From a bacterium (GTDB lineage Bacteria > SAR324 > NAC60-12): a DNA stretch of 64,000 bases. Shown here piece by piece: positions 1 to 7,748 of the stretch. How positions within the stretch are numbered: position 1 is the stretch's first letter; every line of letters begins with the position of its first letter. The notes below the pieces were generated by a model that did no database searches, was not told the DNA's origin, and saw nothing but the letters and a program-made list of their open reading frames with translations. Position numbers and translations under genes: made by a program. Location: positions 736,001 to 800,000 of the forward strand of contig CBDDTI010000746.1 in NCBI GenBank assembly GCA_965233585.1, given 5' to 3'.

Positions 1-767
1 CAGGAGATGATGAAATTGGCTACCGTTCCTCGCACCGCACCTTGATTCGTGGAAAAAATGATGGGCATAGCAAATACGGGAAAGCCACTTACAACAATAT
101 TGATGTTTTGGTCATTGCAAATTGTGTCAGTTTGGGAAATGAGATTTTTTTGGAACATGTTCTGTATAACAATTCTGCCATGCTGAGACAATTAGGATTT
201 GACTTGAATGAAAAGGTGCAAGATTTAGTCAATCACGCTCCTGCAGGTTTTCCTCGCAGTGACCAAACTTGGCAACTTCTAAAAACGTCTAATCAACAGA
301 ATCCACCACTGTACATCAGTGAACCTATTGAAGGTTTTGATATAGACCGCTTTTGCCGTGAAACGATTCAATCGCTCTGGAACGACAGGACGTATGACGT
401 TTTAGAAGCCAATTATAGCAAGCAGTTCATCTTTCAAGGAGCAACAGATAGAACAGGTCACGGCACTAAAAATTATCAAAAAATGTTAGATGAACTTTTG
501 TCACCTTTTGCAGATTTGTCCTTGCAAGTTGATGAGGTTTATTGGATGGGAAACTCTCAAGAGGGATACCTTGTTAGTATCCGTTGGAGTGTAGAATGTT
601 CACATCATCAGAATGGAATTTATGGGAGTCCAACCCATGTTCCTTTGCAAATGTGGGGAATCACTCAACAAAAAATCGTTCATCAGAAAATTGTTCAAGA
701 ATGGATGCTTTGGAATGAACTTGATGTGATGATGCAAATTCAACACGCTAGAAATTTTAAAACATAA
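1..767 (+). CDS. SnoaL/NTF2-like (ester cyclase family) protein, 5' truncated by window edge
   Basis: Frame is open from position 3 (GDDEIGYRSSHRTLIRG). C-terminal pattern RWSVECSHHQNGIYGSPT...WGITQ...KIVQEWMLWNE is typical of tandem SnoaL-like proteins. Confidence 0.7.
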   Translation, partial: GDDEIGYRSSHRTLIRGKNDGHSKYGKATYNNIDVLVIANCVSLGNEIFLEHVLYNNSAMLRQLGFDLNEKVQDLVNHAPAGFPRSDQTWQLLKTSNQQNPPLYISEPIEGFDIDRFCRETIQSLWNDRTYDVLEANYSKQFIFQGATDRTGHGTKNYQKMLDELLSPFADLSLQVDEVYWMGNSQEGYLVSIRWSVECSHHQNGIYGSPTHVPLQMWGITQQKIVHQKIVQEWMLWNELDVMMQIQHARNFKT

Positions 768-811
768 AAATATCAAAAAAACATCAAATGACAAAGTATT
801 TATAATATTTT

Positions 812-2296
812 ATGGACACGTTTAAAAAAGACATCGTCATCGGTCTTGACAGTTCCACGCAATCCACAAAAGCGATTGCATGGACTCGTGAAGGAGAAAA
901 CCTTGCAGAAGGGAGGGCTGACATTCCCATGCAAACGCCCCAAGCAGGTTATGTTGAGCAATCTATACATGACTGCTGGAGTGCAACAGTCTCGGCTTTG
1001 AAGCAAGTCACAGAACAAATTGACGCCACACGTGTTGCAGGTGTTGCCATTTCTAATCAACGGGAAACTGCTGTTTTTATAGATGATGAGGGCAATGAAA
1101 CGCACCCTATGATTGTTTGGCTAGATGAACGTGCCAAATCAGAAATCAAACTTGTTGTTGAAGGACTTGAGCAAGACTTCATTCATCACACAACGGGTAA
1201 GCCTGTGGATTTGACCCCTGTGCTTTACCGCCTCCATTGGCTACGCCGTCATCAACCTCAAATCTTACAGCAAACCTCAAAAATCCTTGATGTTCACGGC
1301 TATTTGACTTACCGCTTGACTGGAAAAGCAGTAGCCAGCTGGACAAGTGCAGACCCTTTTGGCATCTATGATTTGCATCAACAATGCTGGTCTGCAGCCA
1401 TTTTAGATTTTTTGCAACTCTCTCCTCACAAATTTGGCACGTTGCAAAAACCCGGCAGTTTAGTCGGCAACGTGACGCAAAAAACCTGTCAACAAACAGG
1501 TCTTGCAGAAGACACGAAAGTTTTTGCCGCAGGAGGTGATGGACATTGTGCAGGGCTTGGAGCTAATGCCATTACAGAAGGAAACATCTATCTGAATCTT
1601 GGGACTGCTTTGATCACTGGGGCGTGGGCAAAAGAGGCATTGATGAGTCCATTTTGGAGGACTCTCAACTCTCCTACTGGTGAAGGCTATTTTTTGGAAG
1701 GTGTGCAACGAACAGGAACATTCTTTGTGAACTGGTTTTTTGAAACATTCTTGTCAGGACATCAACAAGAGGCAAAGATTTTTCAAGATTTAGAATCAGG
1801 AGCAAGCCAGATTCCTATTGGCTCACAAGGCTTACTAGTTTGCCCCTATTTGTCAGGTTGCATGGATCCGCATTGGGATTCAGAAGCAAGAGCTACCTTT
1901 ACAGGTATTTCTCCCCAACATGGTTTATATCACTTTTACCGAGCCATTTTAGAGGCTCAAACTCTGGAAAGTGTTCGCTGTCTTCAAGCAATGCAAAAGC
2001 ATCAAGTTCAAGCCAAAAGACTGCTTGCCGTGGGTGGAGGTGGAAATAATCATCTCTGGTGTCAAATGTTTGCAGACGCAACGGGGCTTCCTTTGGTTAA
2101 AAGCAAATCCCTTGAAGCCTCTGCTTTAGGTGCTGGAATGACTGCCGCTTTGGGTGCAGGCTGGGCGTCTTCCTTCCAAGATATTTCAAAAATGATGAGT
2201 TCAGAAGGTGAAACAATCCCTCCTAATTCTCATACAAAAGACCAATGGGAGACGTTGTTAAGCAAACAAGGTCAGGTTTACTTGCAAAATAAATAA
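812..2296 (+). CDS. FGGY-family carbohydrate kinase (xylulokinase-like)
   Basis: IGLDSSTQSTKA N-terminal motif, ISNQRET, GGDG, AVGGG and ASALGA motifs. Confidence 0.92.
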   Translation: MDTFKKDIVIGLDSSTQSTKAIAWTREGENLAEGRADIPMQTPQAGYVEQSIHDCWSATVSALKQVTEQIDATRVAGVAISNQRETAVFIDDEGNETHPMIVWLDERAKSEIKLVVEGLEQDFIHHTTGKPVDLTPVLYRLHWLRRHQPQILQQTSKILDVHGYLTYRLTGKAVASWTSADPFGIYDLHQQCWSAAILDFLQLSPHKFGTLQKPGSLVGNVTQKTCQQTGLAEDTKVFAAGGDGHCAGLGANAITEGNIYLNLGTALITGAWAKEALMSPFWRTLNSPTGEGYFLEGVQRTGTFFVNWFFETFLSGHQQEAKIFQDLESGASQIPIGSQGLLVCPYLSGCMDPHWDSEARATFTGISPQHGLYHFYRAILEAQTLESVRCLQAMQKHQVQAKRLLAVGGGGNNHLWCQMFADATGLPLVKSKSLEASALGAGMTAALGAGWASSFQDISKMMSSEGETIPPNSHTKDQWETLLSKQGQVYLQNK

Positions 2297-2410
2297 ACGT
2301 CGCTCATCTTTTTCTATAAAAAGACGATTGGATTTTCTGGTTAAACTTTTTGTTTTTTCGGGAAGTCAGTTTGGGTCAAAGTGTTCTATTGACTAAAAGT
2401 TTTTTTGAAA

Positions 2411-3349
2411 ATGCCACAAATTCTTGTTTCTGGAGAAGCATTGATTGATTTGACCGCTTCTTCTCATCAAAACAATGCTTATGTTCCTGTTCCTGGAGGG
2501 TCTCCCTTCAATGTGGCAACGGGGCTAGGCAATCTCAATATTCCAGTTCATTTTTTGGGGTCAATTTCAAATGATTTTCATGGTCAGTTGCAAAGGCAAT
2601 GTTTGGAACAAGCAAAGGTATCCCTTCGTTTTGTGCAAGATTGCAACCGACCTTCTGCCCTAGCTTTTGCAATCATGCCTCTTGATGGAAGTCAAGAAGT
2701 AGATTACCAGTTTTATTTAGAAGGGACTTCAGAAAGTCTTTTGGACAGCCAAGCGATTCCCAAAAAATTTCCTGAATCTATTCAAATTTTACATTTTGGT
2801 TCGTTCTCTGCCTATCGTGAACCTCAAAGTCTCATTTTTGAGCAAATTCGTCTTCAACATGCTGAACGCTTGATTTCCTTTGACCCTAATATCAGATCTG
2901 CCATGCTTCCCAATCATTTACAAACGGTTGAGCAAACTGAAAAAATTCTGAGGCAAAGTGATCTTGTCAAAGTCAGTCTTTCTGATTTGGAGTGGCTTTA
3001 TCCAAAGTCTGATGCTGGTCAAATTGCTCGTTTGTGGCAGGAGAGTTTTGGGGTTCAATTACTGGTTATCACAAAAGGAGAGCAAGGAGCTTGTGCCTTT
3101 TACAAGAATCAAGTCATTCATGTCCCAGCAGAACCTTTGCAAAATGTGGTGGACACGATTGGTGCAGGAGACAGCTTTATGTCAGCATTTTTGGCGTCTT
3201 TGGTTCGTCATCAAATCACTGACAAAAATGTGCTAAAGCAGTTAAATTTGGAACAAATCCAAAAGATGTTGGAATATGCTCAAAAGGCGGCTCGTTGGAC
3301 TTGTCAACAGCAAGGGGCATTGATGCCCTCTGCTTTTCACTTGCTTTAA
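2411..3349 (+). CDS. PfkB-family carbohydrate kinase (fructokinase-like)
   Basis: GEALID, PGGSPFNVA, SFDPNIR and DTIGAGDSF signatures. Confidence 0.92.
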   Translation: MPQILVSGEALIDLTASSHQNNAYVPVPGGSPFNVATGLGNLNIPVHFLGSISNDFHGQLQRQCLEQAKVSLRFVQDCNRPSALAFAIMPLDGSQEVDYQFYLEGTSESLLDSQAIPKKFPESIQILHFGSFSAYREPQSLIFEQIRLQHAERLISFDPNIRSAMLPNHLQTVEQTEKILRQSDLVKVSLSDLEWLYPKSDAGQIARLWQESFGVQLLVITKGEQGACAFYKNQVIHVPAEPLQNVVDTIGAGDSFMSAFLASLVRHQITDKNVLKQLNLEQIQKMLEYAQKAARWTCQQQGALMPSAFHLL

Positions 3350-3381
3350 CCAGCTTTCCAAACTTGTTTATCAAAAAACAC

Positions 3382-3410
3382 TTGACAAAAAATCTTGAGT
3401 CCTTTAACTT
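3382..3410 (+). promoter_or_regulatory. Candidate sigma70 promoter
   Basis: TTGACA (3382-3387), 17-nt spacer, TAACTT (3405-3410), overlapped by a TTGACAA/TTGTCAA inverted repeat. Confidence 0.4.
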
Positions 3411-3441
3411 GTCAAAGTTTATCATTTTGTCATTTAAAAAA

Positions 3442-3624
3442 ATGATTAGTCATGTGATGAAGTATCGGCAGCTACACGGGAATTTAAGCCTACAAGAATT
3501 TTTGACAGCTTTTGATAGAGTGGTCAAAAGAGAACACTCAAAACCTTATTATAGGAATTGGATGACTGATGGCAGGATTTGTAATACAAGCCGCAAGAAT
3601 AGAAAATCAAAAAATCAAAAATAA
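3442..3624 (+). CDS. Small hypothetical ORF or gene fragment at the edge of the AT-rich insert
   Basis: ATG at 3442 downstream of the candidate promoter; no recognised family. Confidence 0.25.
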   Translation: MISHVMKYRQLHGNLSLQEFLTAFDRVVKREHSKPYYRNWMTDGRICNTSRKNRKSKNQK

Positions 3625-3706
3625 TTCAAAAAATCCCTAATAAAGTAACCCCCAATAAGTAATAAAAACTAAACATTTAAAAAATATAAAAAAAATATAA
3701 CAAACT

Positions 3707-3714
3707 TTTATAAA
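3707..3714 (+). promoter_or_regulatory. Archaeal-type TATA box candidate (TTTATAAA)
   Basis: Ends 26 nt before the ATG at 3740; no Shine-Dalgarno sequence. Confidence 0.5.
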
Positions 3715-3739
3715 ACTCTAAACTAATAACTAAAATACT

Positions 3740-4252
3740 ATGAACTTACAAAAAAAAATATTAGAAATGACAACAGCAGGAGTAATAGGTTTAAGCAGTA
3801 TTACAGGTTGTGGAAGTGGAGATTCAAGTTCTCCTGGAAGTAATAAAAATGATGAAAAAGTAGAAGAAAGTACTAAAAATGAACAGGAAAAGTATGGAAA
3901 AGTAGATACTTGGGCAGAAAAAGCTTATGAAAATAATAGAAAAAATGGATCTGTAGGTTATCTTTCACAGAATCTTCAAGGAAAATGGTGTGATGACTCT
4001 GAGTTTGAAGGAGTAAAGATTCCTAACACTCATCATCTTTATTCTTCTTCAAGTTTTAAACTTGAAGAGACTAGAAATCTAAAACTTTTTATTGAAATGG
4101 AAAATATTCTTGATGGAAATCCCATGTATTCTAAGTTTAAAGTAGCAAAAGCAAATACTCTTACGGATGAAAAAGGAGATTATTATTATAAAATTCCAGA
4201 AAGTAAGAAAGAAGAAGATGTAATCTACAAAGTTACTATTAAAGATTGTTAG
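3740..4252 (+). CDS. Hypothetical lipoprotein-like protein, foreign and AT-rich
   Basis: Signal-like N-terminus ending ITGC followed by a Ser/Gly linker; ATA/TTA/AGA/GTA-rich codons unlike neighbouring genes. Confidence 0.7.
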   Translation: MNLQKKILEMTTAGVIGLSSITGCGSGDSSSPGSNKNDEKVEESTKNEQEKYGKVDTWAEKAYENNRKNGSVGYLSQNLQGKWCDDSEFEGVKIPNTHHLYSSSSFKLEETRNLKLFIEMENILDGNPMYSKFKVAKANTLTDEKGDYYYKIPESKKEEDVIYKVTIKDC

Positions 4253-4290
4253 GTTAATTATTATAATAACAAATTCCCAAAATAATTAAA

Positions 4291-4298
4291 TTTATAAA
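4291..4298 (+). promoter_or_regulatory. Archaeal-type TATA box candidate (TTTATAAA)
   Basis: Ends 25 nt before the ATG at 4323; no Shine-Dalgarno sequence. Confidence 0.5.
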
Positions 4299-4322
4299 AG
4301 TAATTTTTCTATAATTAATTAT

Positions 4323-4976
4323 ATGAAAAAATTACTAATACTAATTCTAGTATTCAATTTCTTTTTAAGCACTTCTTATTCATATTGTTTATTTAAAAAA
4401 TATGGGCCATCTTGTCCCAGTGGTTCCCCAGATTCAGCTCAAACAATATATTCGTCTCCATACAGACATTTAGGATTTATTCAAGGAACTTATACAGATT
4501 TATTAGTAGGATTTAATAAATATGATAGAATCTCAACTTGTACTCCGGGGGGGGAAGTAAAACCAGAAGGATTATATATTTGTAAAAATAATATAGCAGG
4601 TGGAGAAGAACATGACCAAGTATTTGAAATTTTTTTTGTTAAAAGCACAGGAAAAAAAGATCAAAAAGATGCTAAATTATACAATAATGAATTCTCACAT
4701 AAAATAGATATAAACTTACAGCACTTAGAAGAAAACAAAGGATTTTTAGAAGAAATAGAAGAAAAGGCAGAATTAAGAAGTAGAAATTTTAATAAAGATG
4801 AACATAGTTATCGAAAGGGTGGAGGAATAAGAAAGAATAAATATCGGGGTAATAATTTTTATAGGGTTTCTTATTATGAACTAAATATAAATTCAAATTT
4901 TATTATAGATAAACAATATATAACGAATCTTAAAATTAATCCTATTCCTTACAAAATAAAAAGCCCATATAGTTAA
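4323..4976 (+). CDS. Hypothetical secreted protein, foreign and AT-rich
   Basis: MKKLLILILVFNFFLSTSYS signal peptide; AT-rich codon usage; its TAA overlaps the ATG of the next gene. Confidence 0.7.
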   Translation: MKKLLILILVFNFFLSTSYSYCLFKKYGPSCPSGSPDSAQTIYSSPYRHLGFIQGTYTDLLVGFNKYDRISTCTPGGEVKPEGLYICKNNIAGGEEHDQVFEIFFVKSTGKKDQKDAKLYNNEFSHKIDINLQHLEENKGFLEEIEEKAELRSRNFNKDEHSYRKGGGIRKNKYRGNNFYRVSYYELNINSNFIIDKQYITNLKINPIPYKIKSPYS

Positions 4977-5752
4977 TGTATTGGAATAAACTGAAATTAG
5001 ATGGACAGCTTGCTGTGATTACAGGGGGTGGTCAAGGCATTGGTTATGCTTGTTCTCATGCTTTAGGCGAGGCAGGTGCAAAAGTGGTGATTGCAGAAAT
5101 CAATCAAGAAGGGTTGGCACAAGGAGTTGCCTCTTTAAAGAAATTGGGTCTTGAAGCCGATGGTGTTTTGCTGGACGTTGGTCAATCTGAACAAGTGGAC
5201 GAAGTGGCAGATGTGATTGCAAAGAGGCATGGCATTCCTACGATTCTAGTGAACAATGCAGGAGTTGTCTCAAGCGACATTCCTGCAGAAGAAACGACTG
5301 ACGAACATTGGCGTTTTCACATGCAAGTCAATCTTGATGGTTTGTTTTGGTGCTGCCGTGCTTTTGGTAGGTTGATGTTGAAGAATCAACAAGGTTCTAT
5401 CATCAATATCGGTTCCATGTCTGGTTTGATTGTCAACAAACCGCAGCCGCAAAGTTTCTATAATGCCTCCAAAGCTGGTGTGCATCAGCTGACAAAGTCA
5501 TTAGCAGCAGAATGGACGCCACGCGGGATTAGAGTCAATGCTGTTGCCCCAACCTATATTGATACCCCCCTACTTAAATTTGCAAAAGAAGACAATCCTG
5601 AAATGTACCAAAAATGGATGGAGATGACCCCTCTCGGACGTGCGGGAAAGCCTGAAGAAGTGGCGTCTGTGGTGCATTTTTTGGCAAGTGAAGCATCCAG
5701 TTTAATCACGGGAAGCATCATTAACGTTGATGGAGGCTACACGTGCTGGTAG
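4976..5752 (+). CDS. SDR polyol dehydrogenase (galactitol/threitol dehydrogenase GolD/DthD-like)
   Basis: TGGGQGIG, NNAG, YNASK, and the SMSGLIVNKPQPQSFY segment typical of GolD-like SDRs. Confidence 0.88.
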   Translation: MYWNKLKLDGQLAVITGGGQGIGYACSHALGEAGAKVVIAEINQEGLAQGVASLKKLGLEADGVLLDVGQSEQVDEVADVIAKRHGIPTILVNNAGVVSSDIPAEETTDEHWRFHMQVNLDGLFWCCRAFGRLMLKNQQGSIINIGSMSGLIVNKPQPQSFYNASKAGVHQLTKSLAAEWTPRGIRVNAVAPTYIDTPLLKFAKEDNPEMYQKWMEMTPLGRAGKPEEVASVVHFLASEASSLITGSIINVDGGYTCW

Positions 5753-6098
5753 AGTCTCTTGCTAAAACTGCCTAACAAGTTTGGGTGTTTTAGATTTCAA
5801 ATTCCCCCCCAAATATTCTCCAACCACATCGTTATCAAAAACGTTATAAATGACTCTGAGATGTTCAGGTTTAAAATCACTGCTAAGAAAGTTTTTGCCA
5901 GTTCCTTGTTGTTTATAAGATTTCCAGTTTTGAAAAAAATATCTTGACTTGAAATAAATTAAGGGTAACATGTATTTCGTTGGTTTTGTAGTTGGTCATG
6001 GATTCTGAACAATTCGGTTCATGGGTTGTTCGGGGTGTCCTTTTGTTTTTTAACCTCTTTTGTGAGTTGCCTATGAAGTGTTTTTAAAACTGAATTTG

Positions 6099-6136
6099 TT
6101 GACACAATCCTTATTAGTTAAATTGGAACTAATAAG
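6099..6136 (+). promoter_or_regulatory. Candidate -35 element plus operator-like palindrome upstream of the binding-protein gene
   Basis: TTGACA at 6099-6104; perfect 10-bp inverted repeat CTTATTAGTT-N7-AACTAATAAG at 6110-6136. Confidence 0.4.
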
Positions 6137-6169
6137 ATTTTTTAAAATTTATTAAATCAAAAATTGAAT

Positions 6170-7663
6170 ATGAAGAATCAATTAAAAAAAGAACATTTAG
6201 CAAGTTTGACTGATAAGTATGTCAAACGTCAAATTGGTCGGAGAGAGTTTTTGCGGGGTTCTGCAAAGCTGGGTTTGGGTGTTGCCGCTGTCAGTATGGT
6301 GAGACCTTTTGGGATACTTTCTGATGCGTACGCAGATGGTCATCAATTCAAACCTGATTCTGATGTGCTTTCGTGGGTGAAAGATGTCTCAAAGCCATTT
6401 CGTGGCAAGACAATTAAATTGGCAACAGAAGCGACCCCTCCTTCTATTGCCATCAATTCTCACCTGAAGAAACATTTTGAAAAGGCATCGGGGATTCGTG
6501 TGGAAATTGAGGTCTTGCCTTTGGAACAAGTGCTACAAAAAATGACCCTAGACATTGCCTCTCAACTTGGAACGTATGACCTGTATTACATTGACCAAAG
6601 TTGGGCGGCTTCTGTGAGTGAAGATGTCTTTGACCCACGTGAACATGCTGAAGACAAGCCCAGTTTGTCTATGCCTAACTATAACATTGATGACTTCCTG
6701 CCTGCTTTGGTTGATGGGATTGCCAAGTACAAAGACCGTTGGGTGGGTGTGCCGTATGACATTCCTATTTTCATCATGCAGTATCGCAAAGATATTTATG
6801 ACAAGATGGGATTTTCTGCACCTGAAACATTAGAAGAGTACTATGCTCAAGCTCTTGCCATTACTAATGAGTATGGTCCAAAACTCTATGGCGCCACAGG
6901 TCAAATGAAGTCTGGGCATTATAGTTTGGAATGTGATTGGACAGCATGGCTTTGGGGACATGGAGGGTCTATTTTTGACCGTAACGGACGTTTTTCAGGG
7001 AATGATGAAGAAGGTGTCGCCGCAATGGAATACTGGTCAAGGCTTTGGAAAACCATGCCTCCGGGTGTCACAGGCTGGACGTGGGACGGACAAGGGCAAT
7101 CCGTAGCTCAAGGAGTTGCTGCCAGTATGATGAGTTGGGGTGAGTTTTTCCCTGTGTTTGATGACCCTAAATCAAGCAAGGTTTCAGGAAAAATGGCAGC
7201 AGCACGTTGTCCTAGACCCAAAAAAGCCCTGCGGACTGTGAGGCAAACAGGTTATGGCGAAATTCCAGGAGTTGGACATCAAGGAGGCTCGTCTTTGGCA
7301 GTTTCTAAAAACTCTAAAAATCCTGATGCCGCATGGGTGTTCATGCAATGGGCAACTTGTCAAGACACTCAAGAGCTGATTACAGTACTTGGTGGTGGAA
7401 CAGGACCAACACGACACTCTGTCTATGATGCCCCACGTGTCAAAGCCAATCGCCGTGTTGGTGCAGGGACAACGCGACACTTAGACGTGGTGCGGGAAAC
7501 CATTGCTAAAGACATGGGGTCAGAACCTGATTTGCCAGAATGGGCAGAGCTTTCTAATGACACAATTCCTGTGCGTTTAGGAAAATACTTTGCTGGCGAT
7601 TATAGCTCGTCCAAAGAAGCCATGAACGATATTGCTCAAGCTGTGGATAAAATCGTAGGCTAG
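6170..7663 (+). CDS. Sugar ABC transporter substrate-binding protein with Tat signal
   Basis: GRREFLRG twin-arginine motif; SBP_bac_1-like features (YRKDIY, GGSSLAVSKNSKNPDAAWVFMQW). Confidence 0.9.
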   Translation: MKNQLKKEHLASLTDKYVKRQIGRREFLRGSAKLGLGVAAVSMVRPFGILSDAYADGHQFKPDSDVLSWVKDVSKPFRGKTIKLATEATPPSIAINSHLKKHFEKASGIRVEIEVLPLEQVLQKMTLDIASQLGTYDLYYIDQSWAASVSEDVFDPREHAEDKPSLSMPNYNIDDFLPALVDGIAKYKDRWVGVPYDIPIFIMQYRKDIYDKMGFSAPETLEEYYAQALAITNEYGPKLYGATGQMKSGHYSLECDWTAWLWGHGGSIFDRNGRFSGNDEEGVAAMEYWSRLWKTMPPGVTGWTWDGQGQSVAQGVAASMMSWGEFFPVFDDPKSSKVSGKMAAARCPRPKKALRTVRQTGYGEIPGVGHQGGSSLAVSKNSKNPDAAWVFMQWATCQDTQELITVLGGGTGPTRHSVYDAPRVKANRRVGAGTTRHLDVVRETIAKDMGSEPDLPEWAELSNDTIPVRLGKYFAGDYSSSKEAMNDIAQAVDKIVG

Positions 7664-7676
7664 ACGTTTCTCAATT

Positions 7677-7715
7677 TTTGCAGGGAAGCAACTTTTGTTT
7701 TTGTTTCTCTGCAAA
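7677..7715 (+). terminator. Stem-loop after the binding-protein gene (terminator or mRNA stabiliser)
   Basis: TTTGCAGGGAAGCAA...TTGTTTCTCTGCAAA imperfect inverted repeat with G-U pairs. Confidence 0.55.
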
Positions 7716-7748
7716 TCAAGACACTCACAATGAAAAAGTTTTGAATTT

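Noticed and set aside
5759..5971. Short ORFs on both strands upstream of the binding-protein gene
   Set aside because: No recognisable family or translation signals; could be another foreign fragment but cannot be supported.
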